Of a stretch of DNA of 64,000 bases, positions 1 through 12,800 are shown piece by piece. Each line of letters starts with the position of its first letter. Position 1 is the first letter of the stretch. This stretch comes from Tubulanus polymorphus. Its lineage: Eukaryota; Animalia; Nemertea. The stretch spans positions 27,934,150-27,998,149 of the forward strand of contig NC_134026.1 in NCBI RefSeq assembly GCF_964204645.1, given 5' to 3'. The position numbers and the translations under genes were made by a program. The notes under the pieces were generated by a model. It was not told the DNA's origin and did no database searches. It saw only the letters and a program-made list of their open reading frames with translations.

Positions 1-2974
1 TTGCAGTTTTGGGTTGATTTAAAAATTCTGTATTTCTAAAATATCAATCATGATAAAAATCTAACTGTTGCCCAAAGAATGGTTCAAGGTTGCCTCGCTT
101 GGTTTAACCACTGAGTAAATTCTAACACCTGATCCCAAACGTTAACATCCTTACTTGACTTAATCCAAAATTACTCTAATTGATTAGCATATTTATCACA
201 TTTCATCTTTTCAGCAAATACTATAAGGTTATCATTTTACAAAGGTTTTCAATTTGGACAAGTTTCTTCTTGCCAATGAATAGAAAATATCACTTAGTAA
301 TAAAATGACCAGTTCAAAAATTGTGCGGTCATGATATCAACTGTGGTCAATAATCAAAAAGATGTTCCCGCTGTATTTTTGTAAAATTATGGATCAATAG
401 AAGCAGATGGTTTTAACACATTAGATGACTGTATATTGATCCACTAAACCTGTGTGCGTCACTACAGCCCTAACATCAATTGATACCGGTGTTACGAAAC
501 CAAAACCAAAATTTTCTAAAATTGGAGAATACACCCAAATATCTATTTCTTCTTTCCTCCAGTAATCATTCTTGTATGTACTCCAGATAAATCATTCTTG
601 GGTACTACAACTAGTAGGCTGACTGCTGCCACCTTCATTATGTAGAATATGGAGACTAATTAACATGCGATAATGACAAAATTACCTACTATTGCGTTGA
701 TACCTAAATTGATTTATGAACCAATTCATTGTGTAATCAGACCAAAAATCTTATTACAGTAGAAACCAATTACTACATAATTATAAACAGAGGATTTCTA
801 TCAGAAAAACTGTTTTGAAAATATTTGAAATGTGAATCAATTTGGAGTTGTTACTGACAAAGGAAATGATAACAAGTGCTATTTTGATTTCTGGAAGCAG
901 TCCACCAAAGTTCCCCATAGTCTTTATCTAATATATATCCATAATCATTTGTTAATTCTTTTTCATAAAACTCCTGTGTACAAAATATTACTACTATCAT
1001 AAGTATATTTATAATATATATTTATATCTATATATATTTTTATGTATACATATGTTTTTTATGTACACACAACAAACTTTCAGTAAATTCAAATAACAAC
1101 CAATTACGTAAGATGTAGTCGCAACATAAGTAATAGTAAAACAACATAACAGTTTGTGTCATGGCAGAGACCAAAACTACGTACAATCCATCTAGATTTA
1201 CACTATCTAACCCTCATATCAATAAATACTCATCTCACAAAATTAGTATGAAGTCTCAATTGTACACGTTGAATGAGGGATGGATTTATCTCCATATCTA
1301 TCAATATTCAAATGACCAGAAATCAGGCGAAATCATGAGAAAAAACCCTTTTTCCATATATTCAACAATGTTGTATACACAATTGATCGCACAATTTGTA
1401 CCTCTTTTTTACTGTTACTAGAATAGCAAAAATATCAAGTAATTTAACCAGAATATTTGATTAACAAAGAAATTAATGAAACGGAATGGAATTTTTTTTT
1501 CACAGATGATTAATAGCACCAAAACAATAAAATAGTTGGGTACAATAATGAGCACATTACATCAGAAACATTTCGATAAAATTTGATATGTTTTCCTCGA
1601 TTGACAGAACATTCGACAATTTTCACAAGTACGATCAAACAGTCAAAGACAGTGTGGATTGGAAGCTAAAGATATCGTGAAAATAAGTAATGAGTTTTAC
1701 GTCAATCTATTCATTATGATAAGCGAAGATGACAAAACCACGACAGTAACCATGTTCACACTTATATTGAGCTAACTTAACACCTTTTAATTGACTTCCC
1801 GTCATAATCTAACGCTATACTGTATGGTGATCATGCACTACTTTATATTACAATAAAAACATCACCTCAGACTTTCTCAGAAATACTTTTTGTACAGTTA
1901 TTTTGTAGAAAAGCATTCTGATGATCTTGGATGTTTCACAGATAGCAGCACACTAGCTCCCAAACCAAAATAAGTCCTCAATCTTTATCAATTTCATCTC
2001 ACTAACACAATACATACTTAATAACATGTATATAAATACATAATGTATAATTCACCTCAAAATCCATTATAATTATTGCACCAAATTGATTGAATGTATG
2101 ATTAGCTTTCGTTGACTTAGCGAAAGATAATATGTGTGGATGGAAAAAGGCTGGTGCAGCATAGAGCAGTTTCATCATTACCCAGCATCACAATAGTTAT
2201 AGAGATGTTCAAATTAAAGTCTAATATTTGTATTCATTTTTTTTTGTATATCTTTCAGAGCTTAGTGAACACAGTATGGTGTTACTTCATCACAGGCTGA
2301 GTCTGCAGTAAATCATTTCTATACGTGTTTGACCCATCGAAATCAATAAACCCATGAATACTTTGATAGACCTTCAATTAACTCAAAGATAAAATTTTCT
2401 AGTTTAATTTTTTTAGCAGTTGATGTTGGTAATCAATTTTCCAATGATAGAGTGTGCAGCCAGTTGAAATGATGGAATGCTCAGCAATAATAGGGAGCTA
2501 GAGTGGCGCGGACTACGATTAAACATCATCAGTATACTCATGGGGTAATCAGAACTCCTAAGTCTACAATATTAAAGTCTGTTTTTTCATAAGCCAGTAA
2601 CTCCTTCATAATCATCCATTAAAATATTGCAGCATCGCTGTTTAGAATCCATTGAAAATGAGTGGTATCAAATCTCCGTGTGTTGAAACCTGAAATCACT
2701 TTGTAACAAGTGTTTTTCATGAATGGTAAATGTAATCATCATTATCAACATTGAATATAACTTGTATTGTAATGTGTGGAGAGTTGTAGTACAATAATCA
2801 TCTCTCTTTCATCTCTCAGAGCTGCCATCATGAGACATAACAAGTTTATCACAATTACAACGCAATGTTTATCCGTGGCGATGATGTATAATCCATTCTA
2901 GGAGACCTGAATGGACAGTCTCTCTTGCATCAGCAAGATGCTTTGGACAGCATGTGACCTCAAAGTTCATTATA

Positions 2975-4190
2975 TCAATCCCAGCCATTGTCTTTTATCA
3001 TATGCGCCAGTTCAATAATGTATTTCCCCTCTTTATATTTCTGACTCGATTCAAATGCATGTTCCTGAAATTCAAAACCATAATTACTCATAAATCATTA
3101 GCACAATATTACAAGCTTTTAATCGTTCCGTTAGGAGATCAAGAAAAGTGTTCATTTTTTCTACACGCTCGAACTTACATATTTCCAACCTAAAGTAGTT
3201 TTACAGCACTCACAGAATATGTCAGCTACTGCATGAAGTCCAGTGAGCAAAACCCGCTCTTCTGCCGGCCCGCAGCCTACATTGACACTGAAATTAATTC
3301 AATCAAATCATTTTCATACATAATTCATAACACTCAATGCATACAGTTTATGAATGTTTGACAGGCTTTCACTGCCATAAAGTCACATTTGAACCAAGTT
3401 TTTATCAAGACCTATCTCTATGATATATGGATATGAAAAGTGACACATAACATTAAATTAGACCAACAGCGATGAGAGATCAACTGGGTAAATCATTTAC
3501 CGCGGGTGACGCTTATCCCCGCTCGGTAGGATTTGACAAATATACAAATATAACATGACCAAAAACCATAATCCCACAAGCGGCAGGTTGGCCACATTTC
3601 CATGGAAATATATCGCCAGATAATATTGAAGCAAGAAATAGGTTTCTATAGCGATGTAACAGCTTGTAGTCATGGAATGCCTAACAAATTCACATTCAAA
3701 CATACACTACATAATCGACAACAGTTGTAATTTATCAATTTCATATCTCACTAGTACTACAACAATATAGACAACTCTCTTTCAATCCCTCAATAACTAT
3801 GTCCAATTAATTTTTTTATGTGAATGTTTTTTTATCGCACTCTATTTCATGTCAAAAACAAATTCAAACTTCAATTCTACCACAAGTTTTCTGCTCGAAA
3901 TATTACTGCTTCTATTTCAACAGAAGAATCTTAGAACTCTTATGAATTCAGCTTTTCCGTTAATACAATCTTATTATCAATCAATCTCGCACAGCAGTAG
4001 AAAAAAGAAGACTGGTTCTTTGATTTAGTGTTCGTAAACAGATCTTCACAACCTTGGCTCAAAAAAAACTATCCGTGGTATCGCACAACTATTTCTGTCT
4101 TTTTTTTAAACTTCACCCTGTAATCATAGATGAAAGAAGCCATATGCCGAATCTCTATACTTCAAGCGAACATACTGAAAATTGAATCGT

Positions 4191-4274
<84 letters not shown>

Positions 4275-5873
4275 TACTGCACTTATGGTTTAGCAAATTA
4301 GATGTTCCTAAATCACACCTGCGTTTCCAAGCTAAATCGGCTATAGTCAATTTCAGACACAATGATCGTTGTTGTCACCCAAAGGGCACGCTTATAGCGG
4401 ACTGTAATGTTATAGATCAATCATCCACCTTCCCTTCATTGGGAGGAAAACATCACAAAGCTGCTGTTTATTTCTTTTCGGAAGAAAGTGTAAGGTATAC
4501 ACACGAAGGTATATAAACATGTTGCTACAGTACTTCTGTATTTCTCTCCCAGTCAAAAACGATATCAAGAAGGTTTTCACATCAAGCAGCACGGGGCTTG
4601 GTGTTAAACTTAGTCTGATGTTAATAGTCGCTACCGATTAAGTGTTACTATGGTTACATAACATGTTTTAACGCCAAGGATACATGTGGCAGGCACAGCC
4701 TTGAATTAACCCAAAATTACAATCAGGAAAACGCGTCTTCCAAAATGGGCTTGACTGATCAATCATGGACAAAGCCAATAACAAAATAGATAGGAAAGTT
4801 AATGTGTCCCACGTAATCAAATCATTTGAATATCTGTATATGATTAACATCTGCACATTTTGTGGTAATATCCCTTTAGAGTGATTATCAACAGTTATTA
4901 AGTGTGTTGTCTATTAGTATGTACATATGTAATAGACCACAGGTAGATTGATAGTGAAAATGCCACATTCATTTTCAGATCGGGTAATAAATTTTCACCA
5001 AACAATCCTGAACTAAAGCGGATAATTTTTATCTTGCATATACTGGTAAACAATATCATATAAAACCATGTTTTTTATATGTGTCATGATCCTGTTTGGA
5101 CAGATACTTAACAAGACAGATTGTTTATTTGTAAAGCTGAAATGTTAAAGTTTGTTGTACTTACACTGAGTTGAACAAGTAGGCTCTTCCCTGGCTACCT
5201 TGAAACGACTGTAATTCACAAAAATAGAAACATTTTGTAAATCTACCCCCATCAGTGAATATTTTCATTATATCTTGGATATGAATAGTTTTTTCAGAAA
5301 CGCAGACACATGTTATAGAGAAGCAAAGGAGAGCATAAACTCAAGTGGCCCATTGAGACACAGTTGAAGTAGTCATAGATTCATTCTTGAATATCAAATT
5401 ATCTTGCTATCAATATGAAATACATTATTTCCACAGAATAAAGTTCATCTACGGCAGTCTATCTGTGTACATGTAATATGATTGATTGATTTATTCTTTT
5501 CACTGCATGTTGGTGATAGATTGAATATTGAAAAGGATCACTTCTAAACCATATTGATTTACCGGAAGATCCAAAAGGATTACATCCACTGATTGAAATT
5601 ATAAAGTGAAATTGTCAAACTGGAATTCTGAAAGGGTTCTTTATCTGGCTCTCCTGAGATCGAGTATATTAAGTAACCAGGATGCATTAATAGTCAAATA
5701 CACTGATCTAAAGCATTAAGTGAACACACTAACACTACTCCATAAAAGGAAGATAAAATCTGTCTTACCTTAGATATAAGTTCATCGTGGTTGGCCAAGT
5801 GGGCACGGCAGTGCACGCAGCTATACGTGCGATGACATTGGTTGGGCAGATATGCCTGGAATGTCTTCACCAT
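2975..5873 (-). CDS. YPEL: Protein yippee-like (YPEL1/2-type), 4 coding exons: 5873-5769, 5208-5165, 3287-3179, 3064-2975; 115 aa
   Basis: Not in the ORF track. Manual splicing gives [35 protein letters not shown]|[15 protein letters not shown]|[36 protein letters not shown]|[29 protein letters not shown]. This is the canonical Yippee sequence with two CxxC zinc pairs. All introns are GT-AG with consistent phases (348 nt total). Confidence 0.97.
4194..4271. repeat. (TA)n microsatellite in a YPEL intron
   Basis: About 78 nt of uninterrupted TA dinucleotide. Confidence 0.97.
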
Positions 5874-8800
5874 GATGGCGGATGTATTTGGACATTAAAC
5901 CTGTTCCGATGGTCCCCTTCACTTTTTACACTGGACGAATCCAGTCTGTATGAAACATCATAAATTATGAACCGTTTTTTCTGTATCAATGTCGCGTGTC
6001 TTCAATCTGAAACTATAGAAACCTCACTGTTATGAAACAACCCGAGCAGCTAACCTTGCAATGCCATATTATTACTAACTATCAAATCCTAGCTATTTCC
6101 AAGAATCACCTCTTGACCTATTGATTTCAGCAGTAATGTCAATGTTTTCTGATTCTCAAAAACATAATACCTTACGTGTAATACATATATAACCAGCTGC
6201 TGCTCATGATTTTACACAGCACAATCAGAGATAACAATCATTTTGTCATCCTACTGTTCATAGAACTACTGATTCATCAGATGACAACTTTAAGACTCAT
6301 TTTGTGACACAGTCTTTATCATCTCACCATAAGTTTGCTAAGATGACACTGATGTACTGCATATGCTAACACTACTGAAATCCCTGCAGACAGGACACAG
6401 TATTGATGATCGTTCAGAAATCGCCTTTGTGGTCATCAAGATGGATATCTCTATCTATAGAATTTCTCCAGAAATCTATTTATCACAGATGATGATGATG
6501 ATTTGATAACATATCCAGGTATTATTGATGATAGAATTCATTGATTTCCAATAAAGGGTAGTCATATAACCATATATATATATATATATACACACAATGT
6601 ATTATCAAATTGAAAAGTCGATGATGACGTTGTGTTCAATGATGCTGCAGTCTGTCTCATAGATCAATTGTCTGTATCATCTCATGCTTGTGGCTGCTAA
6701 AATGCCAACTCCTCTATATCAGTTCTACGAACCCTCTCTGTTCCATTTTCCATGAAGCAGAGCTGTAACCCTGATCCAGTATACTCTATCAAGTAAGGAA
6801 TATCCAATATATTTCTTGCTTAACCTTTTTAATAAGCTTAAGTTTGAATGAAAATTTGATTCTAGACAATGAAATGAGGCACATACATACTCGGATGAAA
6901 GTCGTTTGGAGGATTTCCAGTCATCTAACAGTAATATAAATCAATGGAAACCTTAGACTTTGTTCAATTAAAAGGACGCATACAACTCTAATATCTCTCA
7001 TTTTATTACCCTGGATAAGAACCAAACAGACTGTTAACTACAGTTGTTGTGAGCGAGCAATGCAATTATATGAATAGAACTCGAGCACAAAGACTTTAAT
7101 AATATGTGAAATCGATAAAAGCCTAAAGATCACCGCGGAAGTGTAGAATGTCTCAGTCCAATCCAATTAATGATTACCCCGCCGACCCTGGGAAACCTTT
7201 TTTCTGTGCTACTTCTTTGCAGGTATGATTATCATAGCATAATTACATTTCAAATTCATTCCAAGTAAAGACATTTTCCATTTCCCTATATGGCTACGAT
7301 AATTCAATACCAATTCTTCGAAACCACCCATCTTTCTAGAATAACACTTGCTATGTTACAATGCATCAACAAAGTAAAAGAAAAATCAAAGAACTGCAGT
7401 CACGTAAGACAAGCAAGCAGCATCATAGCCTAACTATATGGTTCAAATACTCTCTATCTTTCCAGCAAGGGCACTTGAAGCACGTAGTCAGTCAACATAT
7501 TATTACTGTACTGGTAATTCAAACATCTTATGAATGTACGATACCGATTACATTTATTAGATCACATTTAAATACTGGTTATATAAGGCACGTACCTTGC
7601 GTAGACTACGTATTAAACTCTCTGCGTCCATGTGTTATTCTGGTGTGTTATGATCCTTTGTGTTTACGTATTCAGGTTTGTTGTTATTCCACGAGTAGAG
7701 TCAGCTGATAGCCTCATTCTCAGTTCTATTTGCTGTTTATGCTAATCAGATCCTCAATTCCACGGAAAGCAGCAATTTTCGATCGGTAACTTTAACACTT
7801 TTACCCGATACTGCAAACCAGAAATGCGCATAGTGGTATCAACCATTAAGCATCGGCGGCTGCCGAGAATTGAGTGGCTAAATGTGGATTAAGCACCCTT
7901 CAAAGACTCAAAAATTAAAATCCTGTAAAATTTATGATTTCGCAATCAATAACTACACAGTCAGTACTAATGCTGTAGTCATAACAGTACAAAGGGTTAC
8001 TGTTTATTTCCTCATGACCTATATTCCTTGAAAGATAAATATTCCACTTTTTCATGTAATACGAACAAAGCATGGGCGCTAAAAATAACCACAAAGAATT
8101 GGGTAAATTAAGAAATCCTGCCATTAGATTCAGGACAGGAAACGCTTTGATCCTTTATCATAGGAACCCCTCATACTAGAGAGGTGGATTTGACCTACTG
8201 TCATCGAACAGGAATACGATTTCTCAGTTTACGCAATAGTTTTGTCCCTTAGATTTTGATAAGTCTGCTATATTGAATGTAGAATATCGAATGTAAACAT
8301 TGTAATATAATTCTACAGAACTACTTTATGTGTCTTAATTTTGAAAGGATAGAAAATTTACTTAGTTTACCCCCTACCCATGAGCATGATAGATCAATAG
8401 GCTAAATCATTGAAATCAAACAGTGGATGGATGTATAGTCGATTGGAAGAGATCCAAAAGTTTGAAATGATTGGCTTTTTGCCAATTTGCTTTGACCAAA
8501 AGCAATCATTTTTGCTTAGACAAACAACTAAGTGTTTAGGATTCATATGACAACAACTGAAGTTTAGGTGTCCCTGCTGACCCATGGTCATAGGCACTTC
8601 ACAGGCACTTCAATGTTAGTCAGTTGTGAGTCTGAGCCAGTTTCACCATCGAATTGGTATAAGCCCATCTGATAACTAGTAGCTTACCACCAACGATTAG
8701 GTAACTAACTATTCAATGTAGGCTTTTTGACACCATTATTGATGGCAAGAGAATACATGTCCAGATATTTTTTACTGTTGTCGTGTAGGCCTGGCTCACC

Positions 8801-9182
8801 GGCACCACACCATTGGCACTGGCAACAGAGGATTGCGAGGACTTTATGATAAAATTGTAATCGTGGAAATAAAACGCCAAAAAGTCAAAAAGAAAGAATT
8901 GTAATCTGTGATGAAAAAGTAGTACATTCTAAAAAGTAGAGGGAAGGCGATACTTTTTTAATTCCCTGCTGTTTACTTAGTCTGCATACCAGAAGATGTA
9001 TCGGTTCTCCAACAACGGGTTGTTTGGATACGACGGCTACATACACTATCGGACTACCTGCATACACTAGGCATCATATCGTATCGATGACTTTTTAAAT
9101 GTCAAACTCGCACTCGCTCTGCGCCCTTGAGAAATATTGAATTGAATTGGTTTGGGACAGAAGGCAGCACTGTACGCTACAG

Positions 9183-9232
9183 CTGATTGGTAAGTCCGCG
9201 TCCGGAAATTAGTCTCAATTGACTTGACGTAA
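9183..9232. promoter_or_regulatory. Candidate bidirectional promoter core between YPEL (-) and LRRC74-like (+)
   Basis: Within 50 bp of a locally CpG-richer patch: CCAAT box (ctgattgg, 9183-9190), ETS motif (ccggaaat, 9202-9209) and CRE-like motif (tgacgtaa, 9225-9232). It lies between two divergent genes. The TSS is not demonstrated. Confidence 0.35.
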
Positions 9233-9894
9233 CCGACTGAGCTGTATAGGTCAATGGGGTTTACGATCAAGAATTTACCTTGCTTCCTGGTTCTGTGTTG
9301 CTAATATATACAAATAACACAAAATTACTATTCAAATACAAACTACACGACCACTCACAAGATCATGCACCTTTAAAAGGATACTGAATGATTTAAACTA
9401 CGACTGAGTAGGTTTATACAATCCCTCTACAGGATCTAGCTATTAGGCTCCGTTTAGTAGAAACCAAGATTTTTCAATAAATGCAGAGTAGTTAAAAAAG
9501 ATTTGCCTCTGAGTCTGAAGTGACTATAGTGAATACAGACTCTATAGTCCATGTGAATCGATAGTGGCTAGCTTACACTGCCAAGGTGCTAGGCCCAGGC
9601 CCAATCAATTTAAATATGAATGAAAATAGATCCCCATTCTAATGACAGCATGAAAAGGCTTAAAGTCTTATTAAAACTAATCCTCTCAAGTAGGCCTATA
9701 TGTCCGTTTCGTTGTTATAAAGTATTGTCACATAACGCCTGTAATATTCAAGAAAATGTCCACACTGATCCAGTATTAACTTGTGTTATACTAATGGTAC
9801 ATATTGTTCATTCATTGGTTTGTCATTTTCAGATCAAGGTGCCAAGCAAGGGGTGATTGAACAGAATTTGGATTCTGGCATCAGTTTGAAAAAA

Positions 9895-12800
9895 ATGAAA
9901 CTCCAGAAACGATCTTCAAGTTGTTCAGATCAAAAGGCTAGCGAAAATGATAGCAACAATAACAAACAAAAGAATCAACCTGAGTCTGATCTGCAGAATA
10001 CAGAACCTCATTTGGATGTTATTCAAGATTCTCCAGAATTAGATGATAATGATACGGTAAGACATTAATTACAAGCTTTGAAAATTCCATATACACAGGA
10101 AAACTGCATTGAAACTGTAAAGGCCTATATTGAATTCAACCAAGTTGTAGGTTTTTGCTTAGTTTTTGAGGAGTCAATAAACGTCCAATTCAGTCAAGAA
10201 ATAGAAAATGTTTATTGGCTCACTGCGAATTAAATAAACATACATTGTATACAAATGTAGTTGATTGTACACTGATGTTGAAAGTTTATACATTTGTATA
10301 AAAAAAAACTTTCATTTATACTTGTGTAGCTTCATGCGAATTACTTGAAAACAAATTTTGATTGAATATTTGTGCAGTTGTAACATTGTTAGGCATGTTT
10401 GAATATAATTTGTGAAAGCATTCACAAGATATTTTCAGTTGTCTGTCATATTTATTGTTCGAATAACACTTTATTTATAAGTCATTGCATTGTGATTTTT
10501 CACACAAATCACAAGATTACATCAAATATATTTGTTATATTAGGGAGTATTTACATTTGCATGTGTTGAATACATATTCCTATATATTTATATATCAATG
10601 TGTACATATAGTGACCATCTGAGATTTGCTTCTAACACCTTTATTTGAATTAGTAATGTTTACTTCTTTTCTTAATATGACAATAACAATTTAATCAGGA
10701 GATTTACATCGGATCATGACAATTCAGTTATTGCATTTGCATTGGATTTTCTCCAAGAAATAAACTCTGACCTCTTTTCCGAGTAACAGATAAATATAGA
10801 AATTAACTGAATAGTTACAGCTTTGTAATATTGACAATATAGCGTATGAAATGTTAGTCGTTTGTTGCGACTGCGGAATGTAAACATTGATAGTGGGTGG
10901 AAGTGTGGTCAGTAAGAACACACCCGATACAGTTACGAGCATCATGGTCGTTTTTCTGATTCGACTCGCTTTTCCATCACCGGTGCCAAAATGTCTCTGT
11001 TTGTACAGTTTGGATATTATGAAAATGTTAAGCGTTAGTACAATAACTACTGGCACAATGTAAACATAAGTTACAATGATATTAAATGCGAGTACCTGGT
11101 GCTCCATTGCCATATAGCACCCGAGTTCATCTGTGTGATGAATATGAATTACCAAGACAAAAACAGATGTGGTCGCACATGTGAACACTATACATATAAT
11201 GACAACTCTGGCAAATATTGCTGTGCAGACAATTCGACTTGTAAATGGAAAAATGACCAACATCAAACGTTCCGAAGTGATCGCGACAACAAACCATGAG
11301 CTACTCAGCTCACAAGTTGCGAATACTAACTCATATATCATACACATCATACGATTTGAAAAAATAACTGCATCTTCGACGTAGTAGTCTAAAAACGGTA
11401 GACAACTAAGAAAGATTATACAGCCAAAATCCGTACAAGATAACGCCGATATATAATTAGCGTATGATATGTTACAGAATCGTTGGGATGTCATTATGAG
11501 GAAACTGGCCACATTTCCGAATGCCCCGAAACAGAAAACAACTAGCATCGAAGCGAGAGAAATGATACGTAAGATGAGTGGCTGTTTCGAAGCACCATGC
11601 AGTATCACATACGCTGCATATGGTCGACCAACAACCACTAAGCTTGTATCATTAACAATTTTGTTATCCATCAGAATCGCCTGCACAGAGACACAAATTC
11701 AAAAGACATTTCCTTTAAAAGATATCTGTCATATATTGATTCAGTCTTCTGGTTAAGCCAATGAGATTACGCGTTTTTATCTCTGATTTAAAAATTCAGC
11801 GAATTTATGCTTACTTAATTGGTCGGTGCTGACTAATCAAATTTACTAATTGGAATAAAAAATCTCATATAACTTCTTGATTAATAATCAATGAAGACTG
11901 TATGTTATTCTGAATATTCAATTTGACTTGTATTTCCATTCTTAGACTTACATATTTCAGTAAATCAGAATCATTATTTTCCCATTCATAATTCGCTGGT
12001 CTGTTTGAAATATCTGTCAGTTCGCTGTGAATTGTAAATCATGGTTTAATATAATAAAAACTATGAATAACTTTTCTCAGATCGAACTATTAATAGAGGC
12101 AAGAATCAAAATCAGATATCCATAAAGTATGGACTGTTAAACTAAGTTAACTTGATGACCTGAATATTTTCCCACAAAGACAGTAGGCTTTTGGGAATTT
12201 TATTATTATGCTGACTTATACAAATAAAAAGATTTGCTCGTGTTTGTCTCCCGCACATGAGAACCGCAGACTTTAATGTGAAAAGAAGTCATGTCATAAA
12301 GTCCGAGTTCCCAACAACACAGTCAGTTTTAGATTTCAGCACTATGCAAATGTTTATCAGGAATCAATTAGTATGTATTGTGAAATTTAAGTGGTAGTAG
12401 TTTGCTCGCTAGTTGTGAATCCGTCAGATTATAATCATGGGTGGAAAGAGGGAAACTACTGCTAGACGCAAGAAACTGAGCAAACACAGCAGACGTGTTA
12501 AAATATCTAATGCTGGAGCTGTATTTGATATAAATGTTAATAAGAAGGTATATCTCGGATGGAAGCTCACTGGGCTGCTTGATCTCTTGATGAAAGATGT
12601 AGTTAATGGAACATATTATTCGTGGTCCATGAATTTCGTTTAATCCGTCATAAGGCATTTTTTTCTCGATATATATTTAAAGGTTCAAGAGATTGATAGA
12701 GGAAAAGATGAACCCGATGATAGCTCGACAGAAGTTGAAGATGATCACCAAAAACAAGATAACCTTGATTTTGATCTCGGTATTGGAATGGATATTTCAG

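Noticed and set aside
4130-4516. 128-aa and 66-aa ORFs with (YI)n repeats
   Set aside because: Artefact of translating the (TA)n microsatellite in a YPEL intron.
5874-5945. Possible non-AUG N-terminal extension of YPEL, as reported for some vertebrate YPELs
   Set aside because: An in-frame TAA lies 8 codons upstream of the ATG.
7322-9357. One-mismatch GLI motifs outside patched (AACCACCCA 7322, GACCACTCA 9349)
   Set aside because: Isolated and consistent with the chance background rate.
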